A program made the translations under genes and the position numbers. DNA of 64,000 nt from Candidatus Aenigmatarchaeota archaeon. Lineage in GTDB: Archaea; Aenigmatarchaeota; Aenigmatarchaeia; GW2011-AR5; JACRMX01. This document shows positions 28,462 through 38,310 of this stretch, piece after piece. The stretch lies in contig JAGVVW010000001.1 of NCBI GenBank assembly GCA_018304635.1, positions 43,693 to 107,692 on the forward strand, given 5' to 3'. Below the pieces are notes generated by a model. That model was not told where the DNA came from, searched no databases, and saw nothing but the letters and a program-made list of their open reading frames with translations. The stretch's first letter is position 1. Each line of letters begins with the position of its first letter.

Positions 28462-28498
28462 AGATTGGATATATATAATTTTCTCTCTAAAAATGTTT

Positions 28499-31201
28499 AT
28501 GAAACTAAAACTTCAGGTTCTGGATGTTGATTATTTTCTAAATACGAACAAGCCTGTGGTACGAATATTTGGCAGGACAGAAAGCAGCAGGGCTGTATGT
28601 GTTTGTGTAGATGATTTTGAACCTTATTTTTATGTTAAGGCATCTTATATGGAAGTTGCCAGATTTTACGCTGATAATCCGGAAATAAAAAAAATAGAAG
28701 AGGTTGAAAGGTTTATGCCGTTGGGGTATCATCCAAAACCTACCAAGATGTTGAAAATTACATGCACATCACCGCAGAATGTTCCGCAACTGCGTGAGGA
28801 AATATTAGCATCCGGTTTTGCCGAAAGTGTTTACGAAGCTGATATTTTATTTAAATACAGGTTCATGGTTGACCATGCAATAAAGGGAATGAACTGGATT
28901 GAGGCTGATGCTAACGGAGTTTCCACAGATATAATAAATGTAGCAACGTTTCATACAACTTCGGATAAAATCAGGCCGTTGAATATAAAAACAGACAGCA
29001 AACTGAAATATATGTCTTTTGATATTGAAACACTTTCAGCTGACCCCACAAAAGAGATTAATCCAAAAACAGATAAAATAATTATCATATCAATTTCATT
29101 TTCACCTGAGTTCAAAGGAAAGAAAACTCTTGTTCTTGCTGCGAAAAAAATATTAGCTCCTGATGCCGAAGGACATGAGGATGAAAAACAGATTCTTCAG
29201 AGATTTGTGGATATATTACAGCAATATGATCCGGATATTGTTACAGGATATAACATAAACACATTCGACCTTCCGTTTTTAATAGAACGGTTATCTGTTA
29301 ATAATATTCCACGGATGCTTGGCAGGGTTAAAGATAAAATGGTTTTTATTAAAAGATTCAATAACAGTGTGCAATGTGATATTGCAGGGCGTGTGGTTGT
29401 TGATCCGTACCAGATACTTAAGCTTGACCCGAATATAAGGTTTTCCAGATATACTTTGAATAATGTTTCTGCTGAAATGCTCGGTGATAAAAAAGAGGAT
29501 GTTGCATATAAAGAAATACCAAAGTTATGGGATGGAAAAAGAAAAGACATTTTAAGGTTAATTGAATACGCAAGAAAAGATTCTGAACTCAATCTGCGCC
29601 TGCTGATGGAAAAAGGTCTTCTGGATAAATTTATTGAGTTGTCGAAAATTTCTGGTGTTTTGTTGCAGGATTCATTGGGCGGACAAACAGCGCGCATAGA
29701 GACGATGATATTGCATGCATTTAGGGATTTGAAATTTGTTCTGCCGCCGAAACCTTCTTCAATCGGCGTTAAAAAACGTACAGATGATAGGGAATCAAAA
29801 GGTCTGAAAGGTGCTATTGTTTTAGAGCCTGAAAAAGGGTTGCATACAAAAGGATGCGTTCTTATTTTTGATTTTTTAAGCCTATATCCTTCGCTTATGA
29901 GAACTTATAATATATCACCGGACACACTGCTGCTGGAAGACATGGATGTTAAGAAAAACCAGTCGCCGCTTGGTGATTATTTTGTAGATGCTTCTGTTCG
30001 TGAAGGCATATTGCCAAGACTGCTTAGGGAATTAATGGATGCAAGAAAAGCAACTAAAAAGGAAATGAAAAAAGCAATTAATGAAGACTTTAAAAGGGTT
30101 TTGAATGCAAGACAATTGGCATTAAAAATATTAGCTAATTCTTATTATGGATATACTGGTTATAGCCGTGCCAGATTATACACTATGGCTGTTGCAGGGG
30201 CTATTACATCGTATGGCAGGGAAAACATTGAAAGAACAAAAAAAACCGTCGAAGAGAACTATCCTGTTGAGGTTATATATGGTGATACGGACTCAATCTT
30301 TCTCAAGACGAAAATTACGGATATGAATGAAGCAAAAAAATTCGGAGATTCTGTATCAAAGCATGTTACTGGCAAACTTCCGGGCGTTCTTGAGCTTGAA
30401 TTTGAAAAAATTTACAGAACAATGCTTATTTTAACCAAAAAAAGATATGCTGGCTGGAGATTTGATGCTACGGATGATGGTTGGAAAGATTCTGTTGAGA
30501 TGAAAGGAATTGAAACTATCAGACGTGACTGGTGCCCACTTGTTTCAGAGACAATGAACAGTGTTATAAAGGCTATACTTATTGAAGGTGATATTCAGAA
30601 GTCAATTGGTATTGTAAAAGATGTTCTAAAGGATATCAAAAACAACAAAGTTCCACTGGAAAAACTGACTGTTGTAAAAGGCATTACAAAATCCTTAAAT
30701 AACTATGCTGGAGTGCAACCACATGTTGAGCTGGCTAAAAAGCTAAATCAAAGAAATCCAGCTGAACCAGTTCAGGTTGGTGATAGAATCGGTTATGTTA
30801 TAATCAAAGGCAATCAACTGCTGTCAAAAAGAGCTGAAGATCCTGCTTATATAAAAGAGCATAAACTTCAGATAGATTCTGATTATTATATTATGAATCA
30901 GCTACTCCCGCCAATACAAAGAATTCTTAATTCTCTGGGTATTAGCCAGTCTGAATTACTTGGTGGTGGCCATCAGTTTAATTTGATGGATATTGTTAAT
31001 GGTAAAAAAAGAGTTATGAAGCACGAGATACCTGTTTCAAAAAAGCAGGAAGTTAAAGCACTTTCTTCGTGGGAAGAATTCATTTGCTGTTCCTGCCATA
31101 AGTCATATACTTCATTTCCATTAAGGGGAATATGCGAATGCGGTGGAGAATTGAAATTTGGGTATCAAGGCAATACTGGTGAGTCTGTTTCTAAGGCGTG
31201 A
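28499..31201 (+). CDS. polB: Family B DNA polymerase (PolB)
   Basis: MKLKLQVLDVDYF..KPVVRIF N-terminus, Exo I FDIETL, motif A DFLSLYPS, motif B KILANSYYGY, motif C IYGDTDS, and a C-terminal Cys4 zinc finger. The ORF track's upstream start is 28421. Confidence 0.9.
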   Translation: MKLKLQVLDVDYFLNTNKPVVRIFGRTESSRAVCVCVDDFEPYFYVKASYMEVARFYADNPEIKKIEEVERFMPLGYHPKPTKMLKITCTSPQNVPQLREEILASGFAESVYEADILFKYRFMVDHAIKGMNWIEADANGVSTDIINVATFHTTSDKIRPLNIKTDSKLKYMSFDIETLSADPTKEINPKTDKIIIISISFSPEFKGKKTLVLAAKKILAPDAEGHEDEKQILQRFVDILQQYDPDIVTGYNINTFDLPFLIERLSVNNIPRMLGRVKDKMVFIKRFNNSVQCDIAGRVVVDPYQILKLDPNIRFSRYTLNNVSAEMLGDKKEDVAYKEIPKLWDGKRKDILRLIEYARKDSELNLRLLMEKGLLDKFIELSKISGVLLQDSLGGQTARIETMILHAFRDLKFVLPPKPSSIGVKKRTDDRESKGLKGAIVLEPEKGLHTKGCVLIFDFLSLYPSLMRTYNISPDTLLLEDMDVKKNQSPLGDYFVDASVREGILPRLLRELMDARKATKKEMKKAINEDFKRVLNARQLALKILANSYYGYTGYSRARLYTMAVAGAITSYGRENIERTKKTVEENYPVEVIYGDTDSIFLKTKITDMNEAKKFGDSVSKHVTGKLPGVLELEFEKIYRTMLILTKKRYAGWRFDATDDGWKDSVEMKGIETIRRDWCPLVSETMNSVIKAILIEGDIQKSIGIVKDVLKDIKNNKVPLEKLTVVKGITKSLNNYAGVQPHVELAKKLNQRNPAEPVQVGDRIGYVIIKGNQLLSKRAEDPAYIKEHKLQIDSDYYIMNQLLPPIQRILNSLGISQSELLGGGHQFNLMDIVNGKKRVMKHEIPVSKKQEVKALSSWEEFICCSCHKSYTSFPLRGICECGGELKFGYQGNTGESVSKA

Positions 31202-31231
31202 AAGAGATTCTCCCTAAAATTAGTATAATAT

Positions 31232-31285
31232 TCAGAAAGCTATGCTTTCTGATATGCCAGAGAATCTTTGGTTCTTTGAGCATGG
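31232..31285. repeat. R4 double-hairpin element copy A
   Basis: cagaaagc-tat-gctttctg atatgc cagagaatc-ttt-ggttctttg agcatg; matches 62347-62399. Confidence 0.75.
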
Positions 31286-32335
31286 GGAGAATCGACGTGA
31301 AGTTCATTTATCTTTTTTTATTGATTTTAGAGTAATTATTATGATAATTCCACAAGCAATAGGGGGTTGTTTTCTCCATAGGAAATGGGGGGGTTCACGG
31401 TATTCATATCGGCTATATGAAGGTAACCTCTGGTTGTTGGAAAAAGTGAACTTAAAATGAAGATGAGTCTTAATTTCACTCTTTGTTGTGTTTGGAGTAG
31501 TGAATAGCAGGATTTTAAGTTTAAGTCCTTTTCGGTGTAAACAATTATAAGTGAATTTCACGCGAGGTTTTCAAAGTGATACTACCAGAACTGAAAGAGA
31601 GATTGATTGTTCCTGAAGGTTATACTACTCACTTTTGGTTCAATCCAACACCAGTATAGATAGCATATCAGGTTGCCAAGATGTTGCTGTCGGGCGCGGG
31701 GGTGGCTGGCGTCATGATGTCGGCGGGGGATGTCTCGGCGTTGGTGCGGTCTGCGGTTGCCAGAATGCGGATTCGTACGATGGCTTCCGCCTAGTTCGGG
31801 GGTCAGTTCCAAATCTTTGATTCATCTGTAAATTCTCTCATAAATCTTATGATTAAGTTCTTTATCCGATTTCTTTAGATCATTGAGTGCTTTCTTTATA
31901 TGTTCTGAAGCTATAATAACTGCTTTCGTGCCATCAACCCTTTAACTTTACATATTTACCTTTAAGTTCTGGACTGAATATCCATACTATTCTTTTTTTG
32001 TCAATAATTATTTTGTTACTGTTTTCAAGATAAGCAAGAATTATATTAAATGTCTGGTGCATGACCTTTCTGGGTAACTCTCTTTTAAGCTCTGCTTTGG
32101 TTGGGTAATACTCCAAATTCTTATGTTGAATTATCACAGCAAGTCAACTCAGTAAAAAGTATAGAGTAGGCATTTTTAGAATGAATCAGAGCAGATTATA
32201 GGTCAATGCCGCACCCGGATTTTATCAGGGAATATGACCTATAATTGAGAAAAATAAAACAAGGCTGCAGAACATTGTTTCATCCTTTCTATAGCTTTAA
32301 ATCTATAATATCCCAAATTACCTTAGGTAGTTTCT

Positions 32336-33577
32336 ATGAACAAGAAAATAAGCGATGATGAGAAAATAAATGATAGTTTGAAAATCAAAGAACAGGCTGA
32401 TACTGCTTCAGATCAGGGCAAAAATGCACAAAAACTACCTAAAATATCAAAGGAAATGGAAGAATTCCATAAAAAGCAAATGGAATTAGCTAATAAATTT
32501 AAAGATGATGTTCTTAAGAAATACGACAAATTCGTAAAAGCTGTTATAATTTTCGGTTCATTAACGAGGGGAGATTTTAAAAAAGAAAGTGATATAGATA
32601 TTTTAGTTATTATTGATGATACTACAGCGCGATTTACGCCAGAAATGAAAGATATGTTTGACCTCAATCTTCATGACATAGCTAAGGTTATAGACAGTCA
32701 GATAGTTGTTCAGCCAGCATGGACATTGACTGAGTTTTGGGATATGGCTCGAATCGGGCATCCTCTATTATATACCATAGTAAGAGACGGCTGGGCTCTT
32801 TATGATACTGGTTTCTTTATACCTATAAGAAAATTGCTTGAGCTTGGAAAAATACCCACAACATTAGAAGCTGTTGAACGCTTTATGGAATCTGTGCCAA
32901 AGAAAATAAAGCGGGTTGAGACAGCTAAATTATATATGGTAGCTGAAGACCTGTATTACTCCATGCTTAATTCATCACAGGCTGTTTTGATGTTTTTGGG
33001 ATTATCTCCTCCTGCACCTAAATTCACGCCATTAGCTGTGAAAGAACATCTGATAGATACTGAATTATTAGAGTCTGATTATCTTCGGGACCTTGAAAAG
33101 GTTATAGAATTTAGAAAAGGTGTTGAGCATAAAACTATAAACGACATTTCAGGTGAGGACTTGGATATGTATATACGAAAGACAAAGAGATATGTTGAAA
33201 GAATGGAAGAGCTGCTACTGAAATTGCAAAAGACAAAAAAAGAGAATATGATTGACAAAAATTATGAAATTCTGATAAAAGCCTCAGTAACAGCATTAAA
33301 ACAAATCAACAAACTTCCGCAGGATCCAAAAGACCTGCCGGATGCTATAAAGACATATTTAATTGAAAGTGATAAAATACATGCATCATATAATGATGTG
33401 TTCAAAAAGGTTTTGACAATGCGCAAATTGCTGGACGAAAACAAAGCTGATGAGATACCACAGCGGGATGTTGAACTAATGCGCGAATACGTCAGAAGAT
33501 TTATAAGAGACATGGCACCCATGCTTGGTGATGCAAAAAAAGAAATTAATGAAAAACAAGAACGGAAAAAACAATGA
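32336..33577 (+). CDS. Nucleotidyltransferase-fold protein with a long helical C-terminal domain
   Basis: VIIFGSLTRGDFKKESDIDILVIIDD NTase motif; 413 aa with a Lys-rich N-terminus. Confidence 0.5.
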   Translation: MNKKISDDEKINDSLKIKEQADTASDQGKNAQKLPKISKEMEEFHKKQMELANKFKDDVLKKYDKFVKAVIIFGSLTRGDFKKESDIDILVIIDDTTARFTPEMKDMFDLNLHDIAKVIDSQIVVQPAWTLTEFWDMARIGHPLLYTIVRDGWALYDTGFFIPIRKLLELGKIPTTLEAVERFMESVPKKIKRVETAKLYMVAEDLYYSMLNSSQAVLMFLGLSPPAPKFTPLAVKEHLIDTELLESDYLRDLEKVIEFRKGVEHKTINDISGEDLDMYIRKTKRYVERMEELLLKLQKTKKENMIDKNYEILIKASVTALKQINKLPQDPKDLPDAIKTYLIESDKIHASYNDVFKKVLTMRKLLDENKADEIPQRDVELMREYVRRFIRDMAPMLGDAKKEINEKQERKKQ

Positions 33578-33580
33578 GAA

Positions 33581-33889
33581 GTGAATGAGATAAGAAAAAT
33601 ATCAACCGGAATATTCGGAATAAAAGAGGGAAAGGTTTGGATAATAAAATATTCAACGTATGGTGGCGGTTTTGTGCGGTTTAAATATTATGTTCACGGG
33701 CTTTGGATATTCGGAAGCATTATGTTTTTCATAGGTGCGATTATTGCTATGTTTTGGCAATATGATCCTTTGGGAAGCACTGTATGGAGCAATGCTATTT
33801 CACTTTTGATGAGCTTTGTATTATTTCTGATGGCAGGCTTGTTCTGGATATCTGCTGCAATCAATGCAAGGCAGGAGGGGGAGAGGTGA
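33581..33889 (+). CDS. Small membrane protein (paralog of 34148-34345)
   Basis: Two TM helices. The C-terminal motif AGLFWISAAINARQEGER is shared with AGIFWISAAINWER of the paralog. Confidence 0.4.
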   Translation: MNEIRKISTGIFGIKEGKVWIIKYSTYGGGFVRFKYYVHGLWIFGSIMFFIGAIIAMFWQYDPLGSTVWSNAISLLMSFVLFLMAGLFWISAAINARQEGER

Positions 33890-34151
33890 AATGAATGCTG
33901 ATAATCAGGTAAATGTTTATACAGGAACGGGTGTTGAAAGTGCTATAGATGTTTTACGAAAATATCATGGAAATTTTTTAATAGAGCATGATGGCAGAAA
34001 AAGAATATTTACATTAAATTATGGTGACTGGGTTGAAACACCAAATCAATTAATGCCAGTTCCTTTGGAATATGTTTTATACGGAAATTGCTTAAATAAA
34101 TGGACAATTACCAGTGGGTCGGGTGTATGCTCTCCTTATGATGGGTTGTGA
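33864..34151 (+). CDS. Hypothetical small protein
   Basis: 95-aa ORF between two paralogous small membrane-protein genes. Confidence 0.3.
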   Translation: MQGRRGRGEMNADNQVNVYTGTGVESAIDVLRKYHGNFLIEHDGRKRIFTLNYGDWVETPNQLMPVPLEYVLYGNCLNKWTITSGSGVCSPYDGL

Positions 34152-34345
34152 TAATAATGAAATTCGATCTTTATACGCATGGTTCGCTAATTTTAGGAGC
34201 GATGTTCATGTTTTTAGGCATGCGATTCGGAAGCAGATTTTATATGCTTTCGCCTGAATCTTTTTTGAGCATGATAATAGGCTTGTTCTTTATCCTGATA
34301 GCTGGGATATTCTGGATATCTGCAGCTATAAACTGGGAGAGATAG
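34148..34345 (+). CDS. Small membrane protein (paralog of 33581-33889)
   Basis: Shared C-terminal FWISAAIN motif. Confidence 0.4.
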   Translation: MIIMKFDLYTHGSLILGAMFMFLGMRFGSRFYMLSPESFLSMIIGLFFILIAGIFWISAAINWER

Positions 34346-34389
34346 GCCTCAAAAGTTAACAATTAAAGTCTTTACGGCGTAGTTATAAT

Positions 34390-35040
34390 ATGAAAATATT
34401 CAGGAATATTGAACTGCTTGATGGCCAATATGGTTGCAATGTATATTTAATAGACGGAGAGGTTTTGATTGATACTGGAACCGGGCTGAATTTTGTTGAC
34501 ATGAAAAAACAAATCGAACAAGTGTGTGATATCAGGCACCTAAAGACAATTGTTAATACACACTCTCATTTTGACCATACTGGTGGAGATAAAAAAACAA
34601 GGGACTGGCTGAAAGCTAAGATAGCAATCCATGAAAAAGACGTGGATGACCTTCATTCAGCCAATGTACTGGCTGAAAAATTCGGGACAACTGCGAGAAT
34701 AATCACAGCTGATGAGGCTCTTAATTTTGGAGACTTTATACGTACGACAAATTTTAATTTTGAAGTTATTCATACACCGGGCCATACACCGGGATCAATA
34801 TGTCTTTATGAAAAGGATAAAAAAATACTGATTTCAGGTGATACCCTGTTTGCAGATTCGGTCGGCAGGACTGATTTGCCAAAGGGCAATCAAAAAGCAC
34901 TGACAGATTCGTTGAAAATTATTCTTGATTTAAACACAGAATATTTGTTTCCAGGCCACGGTCCAATGAAATATGGTGGAATTTCATTTGTCGTTAAAAG
35001 AATGCTGAATCATTTAGTGGAGCATGATAAATTTTTATAA
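34390..35040 (+). CDS. MBL-fold hydrolase (glyoxalase II-like)
   Basis: HSHFDHTGG, HTPGHTPGS and GDTLF motifs; 216 aa. Confidence 0.75.
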   Translation: MKIFRNIELLDGQYGCNVYLIDGEVLIDTGTGLNFVDMKKQIEQVCDIRHLKTIVNTHSHFDHTGGDKKTRDWLKAKIAIHEKDVDDLHSANVLAEKFGTTARIITADEALNFGDFIRTTNFNFEVIHTPGHTPGSICLYEKDKKILISGDTLFADSVGRTDLPKGNQKALTDSLKIILDLNTEYLFPGHGPMKYGGISFVVKRMLNHLVEHDKFL

Positions 35041-35859
35041 TATGAATCCCGATAAAAAAGAGGATTATACATATCAACCGCAAACAACATCGGAAAGAAC
35101 AGTCTTTATGATTCCATATTGAAAATATTAAGCTAAAAGTATTTAATATCTTTTCCAGAGTTTTCAGAAACAGTTATATGAGTACTTCGCAAAGTTTAAA
35201 TATTGTTATATCATTATAGAATCAGTGTGGTCCTGAAGTGCAACCTCCGTTGCTTTATGCAAAGCAATGAGGAAGTTCTGTCCACTCAGCTTAAGAGTGA
35301 TGATAGCCAGATTTCTAAGTATTGAATGTCGGCGATCAACGAACTTAGGCAAATATGATGCAGAAAATGTGGTTGAAAAGCCACTATTGAGAACAGAAAC
35401 GATACCATCGGGCTGATACGTGATGAGGCCTGAGGAGAAAATAATTCGGTAATCTCAAAGGGTAGCTTTTAAATAAATAATATGTGACTTGAAAAGTTGC
35501 ATATCGGGAAAGAGGTTATCCAAAGGAGAAAACCTGGGTTTTTTCCTGGGGTGAAACGACTCAATACATATGAGTGCAAGCAGTTTAGCGCTGAGACAAA
35601 TGGTTGCCATACCTTTCTGATGAAGCGGAAGTTGAAAGGCGCATTCTGATAAATTCGGTGATATATAAAAGATGCGTCAAGTTTTTCCGCAGAAAAGGTG
35701 AACAGAAGACAGGCTATTCACAGGCCACACACATTTATTTTAAATAAGCCTTATTAAAACCCTATAATAAAAGATAGTGATTATACTTTCTCAACCTGCT
35801 TTCTTATTGTATTGATATGGCTTTTCAATATCTCATTAATTAATATGTCCCTATCACGG

Positions 35860-36633
35860 TTACATTCTTCTAAAAACACAGGCTCCGATTAAAACCAGAA
35901 CTGTTGAAAATAATAACAATGCAGCCAAATCCAGCCATAATGGAAATATGCTGTGGCTGATTAATGATGCACGCAAGCCATCAATGCCGTATGTTAAAGG
36001 ATCGAAATATGCAATTGTCTGCATCCATTGGGGTGTGTTTTCCAGAGGGAATAAGGCACCTGAAAGAAAAAATACAGGCATGATAAGAAATGACATCACC
36101 ATCTGAAAACCTTCCATGCTTTTCATTTTTGATGCAATGATCAGGCCAATAGATACAAAACACATGGCTGTAAGTATCATAAATATAACAGCAGGAACTA
36201 TTCCTATACTTATTGGTATGAAACCTATCAATATTGTTATCAGTATCATAATCAAAGCACTAACAACAGCTATAGTTGCGCCGCCAAGGACTTTTCCAAG
36301 CATTATACTGGAACGGGATACTGGTGCGACAAGAATTTCCTTAAGAAATCCAAACTGCCTGTCCCATATAATAGACATCCCTGAAAAAATAGACGTGAAT
36401 AAAATTATCATTCCTATGATTCCGGGAGCAAGAAAATTGATATAGTTCATTTCTGTCACAACAGATCCAAAGCCAACACCGATAAAAATAAGCCAAAAAA
36501 ATGGCATAGCGAGACTGGTTATTATTCTGGATCTTGCTCTAATAAAGCGAATCATTTCCCTGAGCCATATTGTATAAATGTCTGACAGTATATTTATCAC
36601 CTGATGTTGAAGGCAGTTATCGTTTCCATCCAA
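35860..36633 (-). CDS. ABC-2 type transporter permease
   Basis: Six-TM 257-aa protein overlapping the start of the ABC ATPase gene. Confidence 0.7.
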   Translation of the reverse strand: MDGNDNCLQHQVINILSDIYTIWLREMIRFIRARSRIITSLAMPFFWLIFIGVGFGSVVTEMNYINFLAPGIIGMIILFTSIFSGMSIIWDRQFGFLKEILVAPVSRSSIMLGKVLGGATIAVVSALIMILITILIGFIPISIGIVPAVIFMILTAMCFVSIGLIIASKMKSMEGFQMVMSFLIMPVFFLSGALFPLENTPQWMQTIAYFDPLTYGIDGLRASLISHSIFPLWLDLAALLLFSTVLVLIGACVFRRM

Positions 36634-37426
36634 GTCTTGCCCTGAACCTTATGTTATCCAGTTCAGGGCCTTCATAATCACGAATTGCATGTCCGGTATA
36701 CCAGATAAAAACATCTTCAAGAGTTGGTTTTTTCACGGAGCTTATAGAACTCTTCAGTTTTTTGGGCGTTCCGAGAGCAACAATTTTTCCATGGTCTATA
36801 ATCGCAATTCTTTTGCAAAGATAATCAGCTTCTTCCATGTAATGAGTTGTTAAAATTATTGTAATTTTCTCTTCTTTGTTCAGCTTTTTTATATATTCCC
36901 AGATATGTCTTCGTGTCTGAGGATCCAGGCCAAGTGTAGGTTCATCAAGAAATAATATTTTTGGATGATGAAGCAATCCACGGGCAATTTCTAGCCTGCG
37001 TTTCATTCCGCCTGAATAAGTTTTAACAAGCATCTTTGATTTGCCTTCAAGATCAACAAGCTTCAGAACATCATTAATTCTTTTTTTGCTTAATTCATGT
37101 GGCATATGATACAGTTTGCTGTGGAATGTAAGATTTTCCATTCCTGTTAATTCATCATCAAGGCTGGGGTCCTGAAAAACTATGCCAATTAATTTTCTCA
37201 CGCTGTTCTGATAACTGATATTGATGCCATTGATTTTCGCATTGCCTGATGAAGGCTTTAAAATTGTTGATAGCATGCTGATCATGGTTGTTTTTCCAGC
37301 GCCATTTGGACCCAGTAGCCCAAAGAGTTCAGCCTGCTTGATTCTGAGATTGATCGAATCAACTGCGGCAGTGCCATTATAATTCTTTGTTAAATTTTCG
37401 ATTTCTATTGCATCCATATTTAACAA
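36617..37426 (-). CDS. ABC transporter ATP-binding protein
   Basis: Walker A GPNGAGKTT, signature SGGMKRRLEIA, Walker B ILFLDEPT. Confidence 0.85.
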   Translation of the reverse strand: MLNMDAIEIENLTKNYNGTAAVDSINLRIKQAELFGLLGPNGAGKTTMISMLSTILKPSSGNAKINGINISYQNSVRKLIGIVFQDPSLDDELTGMENLTFHSKLYHMPHELSKKRINDVLKLVDLEGKSKMLVKTYSGGMKRRLEIARGLLHHPKILFLDEPTLGLDPQTRRHIWEYIKKLNKEEKITIILTTHYMEEADYLCKRIAIIDHGKIVALGTPKKLKSSISSVKKPTLEDVFIWYTGHAIRDYEGPELDNIRFRARLGWKR

Positions 37427-37473
37427 CTCCGATATTGATTGGTGTTCACATTATAATACTGAAGGACATAAAT

Positions 37474-37519
37474 CAAATACCCTGTGCTAAAGGTATTTTT
37501 GAATGTAAAATAAATTAAC
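37474..37519. repeat. R5 hairpin repeat copy 3
   Basis: caaataccctgtgctaaaggtatttttgaatgtaaaataaa in the divergent region between the ABC operon and the DUF1624 gene. Confidence 0.7.
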
Positions 37520-37548
37520 TTATACTGTCCAATATATTATAAAATTAT

Positions 37549-38295
37549 ATGAAACGCTTCTGGGAACTGGATTTTTTGCGCGGTGTAGCGATAATCATGA
37601 TGATTATTTTTCATCTTCTATACGATCTGAGTTATCTTTCTATTTTTCCTGTGAATACCACAAGTGGTTTCTGGCGCATTTTTGGATATGGTTCAGCAGT
37701 GATATTTCTTTCTCTTGTCGGGTGCTGCCTTTATGTGAGCAGTTCGCGTACAAACATTGGGTTGAAAACTTCATTGCCTAAAAAGTATATCATGCGCGGA
37801 TTAAAAATATTTTCACTTGGCCTTGTGCTTACTGCGATAACGTGGATAATGTTTCCAAGGGAATTTATAGTTTTCGGAGTTCTTCACCTGATAGGATTCT
37901 CTATAATTATTTTAACACCTTTTATTAGATTCAAATATATTATGTTATTTGCAGGAATATTTATTCTTGTTCTGAGTCCGGTTGTGCAAGCTGCGGTTGT
38001 AGACATGCCATATTTTGTATGGCTGGGCTTTATGTACAGAGGCTTTTCAACACTGGATTATTTTCCTGTTTTTCCCTGGATAGCTGCTGTTATGTTTGGA
38101 ATTTTTGCAGGCCATGTATTTTATAAAAACAAAGTGAGACAACACACTTTCTTTTTTTCTTCCCGAAATGAATTTTCACGTCCAATTCAATACCTTGGCA
38201 AGCATTCTTTATTGATATATCTTTTGCATCAGCCAATTATTTTTGGGATATTATTGGGGCTGAAAAATATTGGAATTGTATGGATAATTGCATAA
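37549..38295 (+). CDS. DUF1624-like membrane protein (putative acyltransferase-type)
   Basis: RFWELDFLRGVAIIMMIIFH N-terminus typical of DUF1624; multi-TM. Confidence 0.45.
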   Translation: MKRFWELDFLRGVAIIMMIIFHLLYDLSYLSIFPVNTTSGFWRIFGYGSAVIFLSLVGCCLYVSSSRTNIGLKTSLPKKYIMRGLKIFSLGLVLTAITWIMFPREFIVFGVLHLIGFSIIILTPFIRFKYIMLFAGIFILVLSPVVQAAVVDMPYFVWLGFMYRGFSTLDYFPVFPWIAAVMFGIFAGHVFYKNKVRQHTFFFSSRNEFSRPIQYLGKHSLLIYLLHQPIIFGILLGLKNIGIVWIIA

Positions 38296-38310
38296 TTTAT
38301 ATGAAGTAGT

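Noticed and set aside
28421-28498. Upstream extension of polB from the track start
   Set aside because: It overlaps the IMPase gene. The conserved PolB N-terminus begins at MKLKLQVLDVDY, so the start is more likely 28499. Low certainty either way.
35041-35859. RNase P RNA or SRP RNA
   Set aside because: Isolated resemblance to CR-II / CR-V-like strings, but in the wrong order. No P4 GGAAAGUCC motif and no SRP helix-8 motifs.
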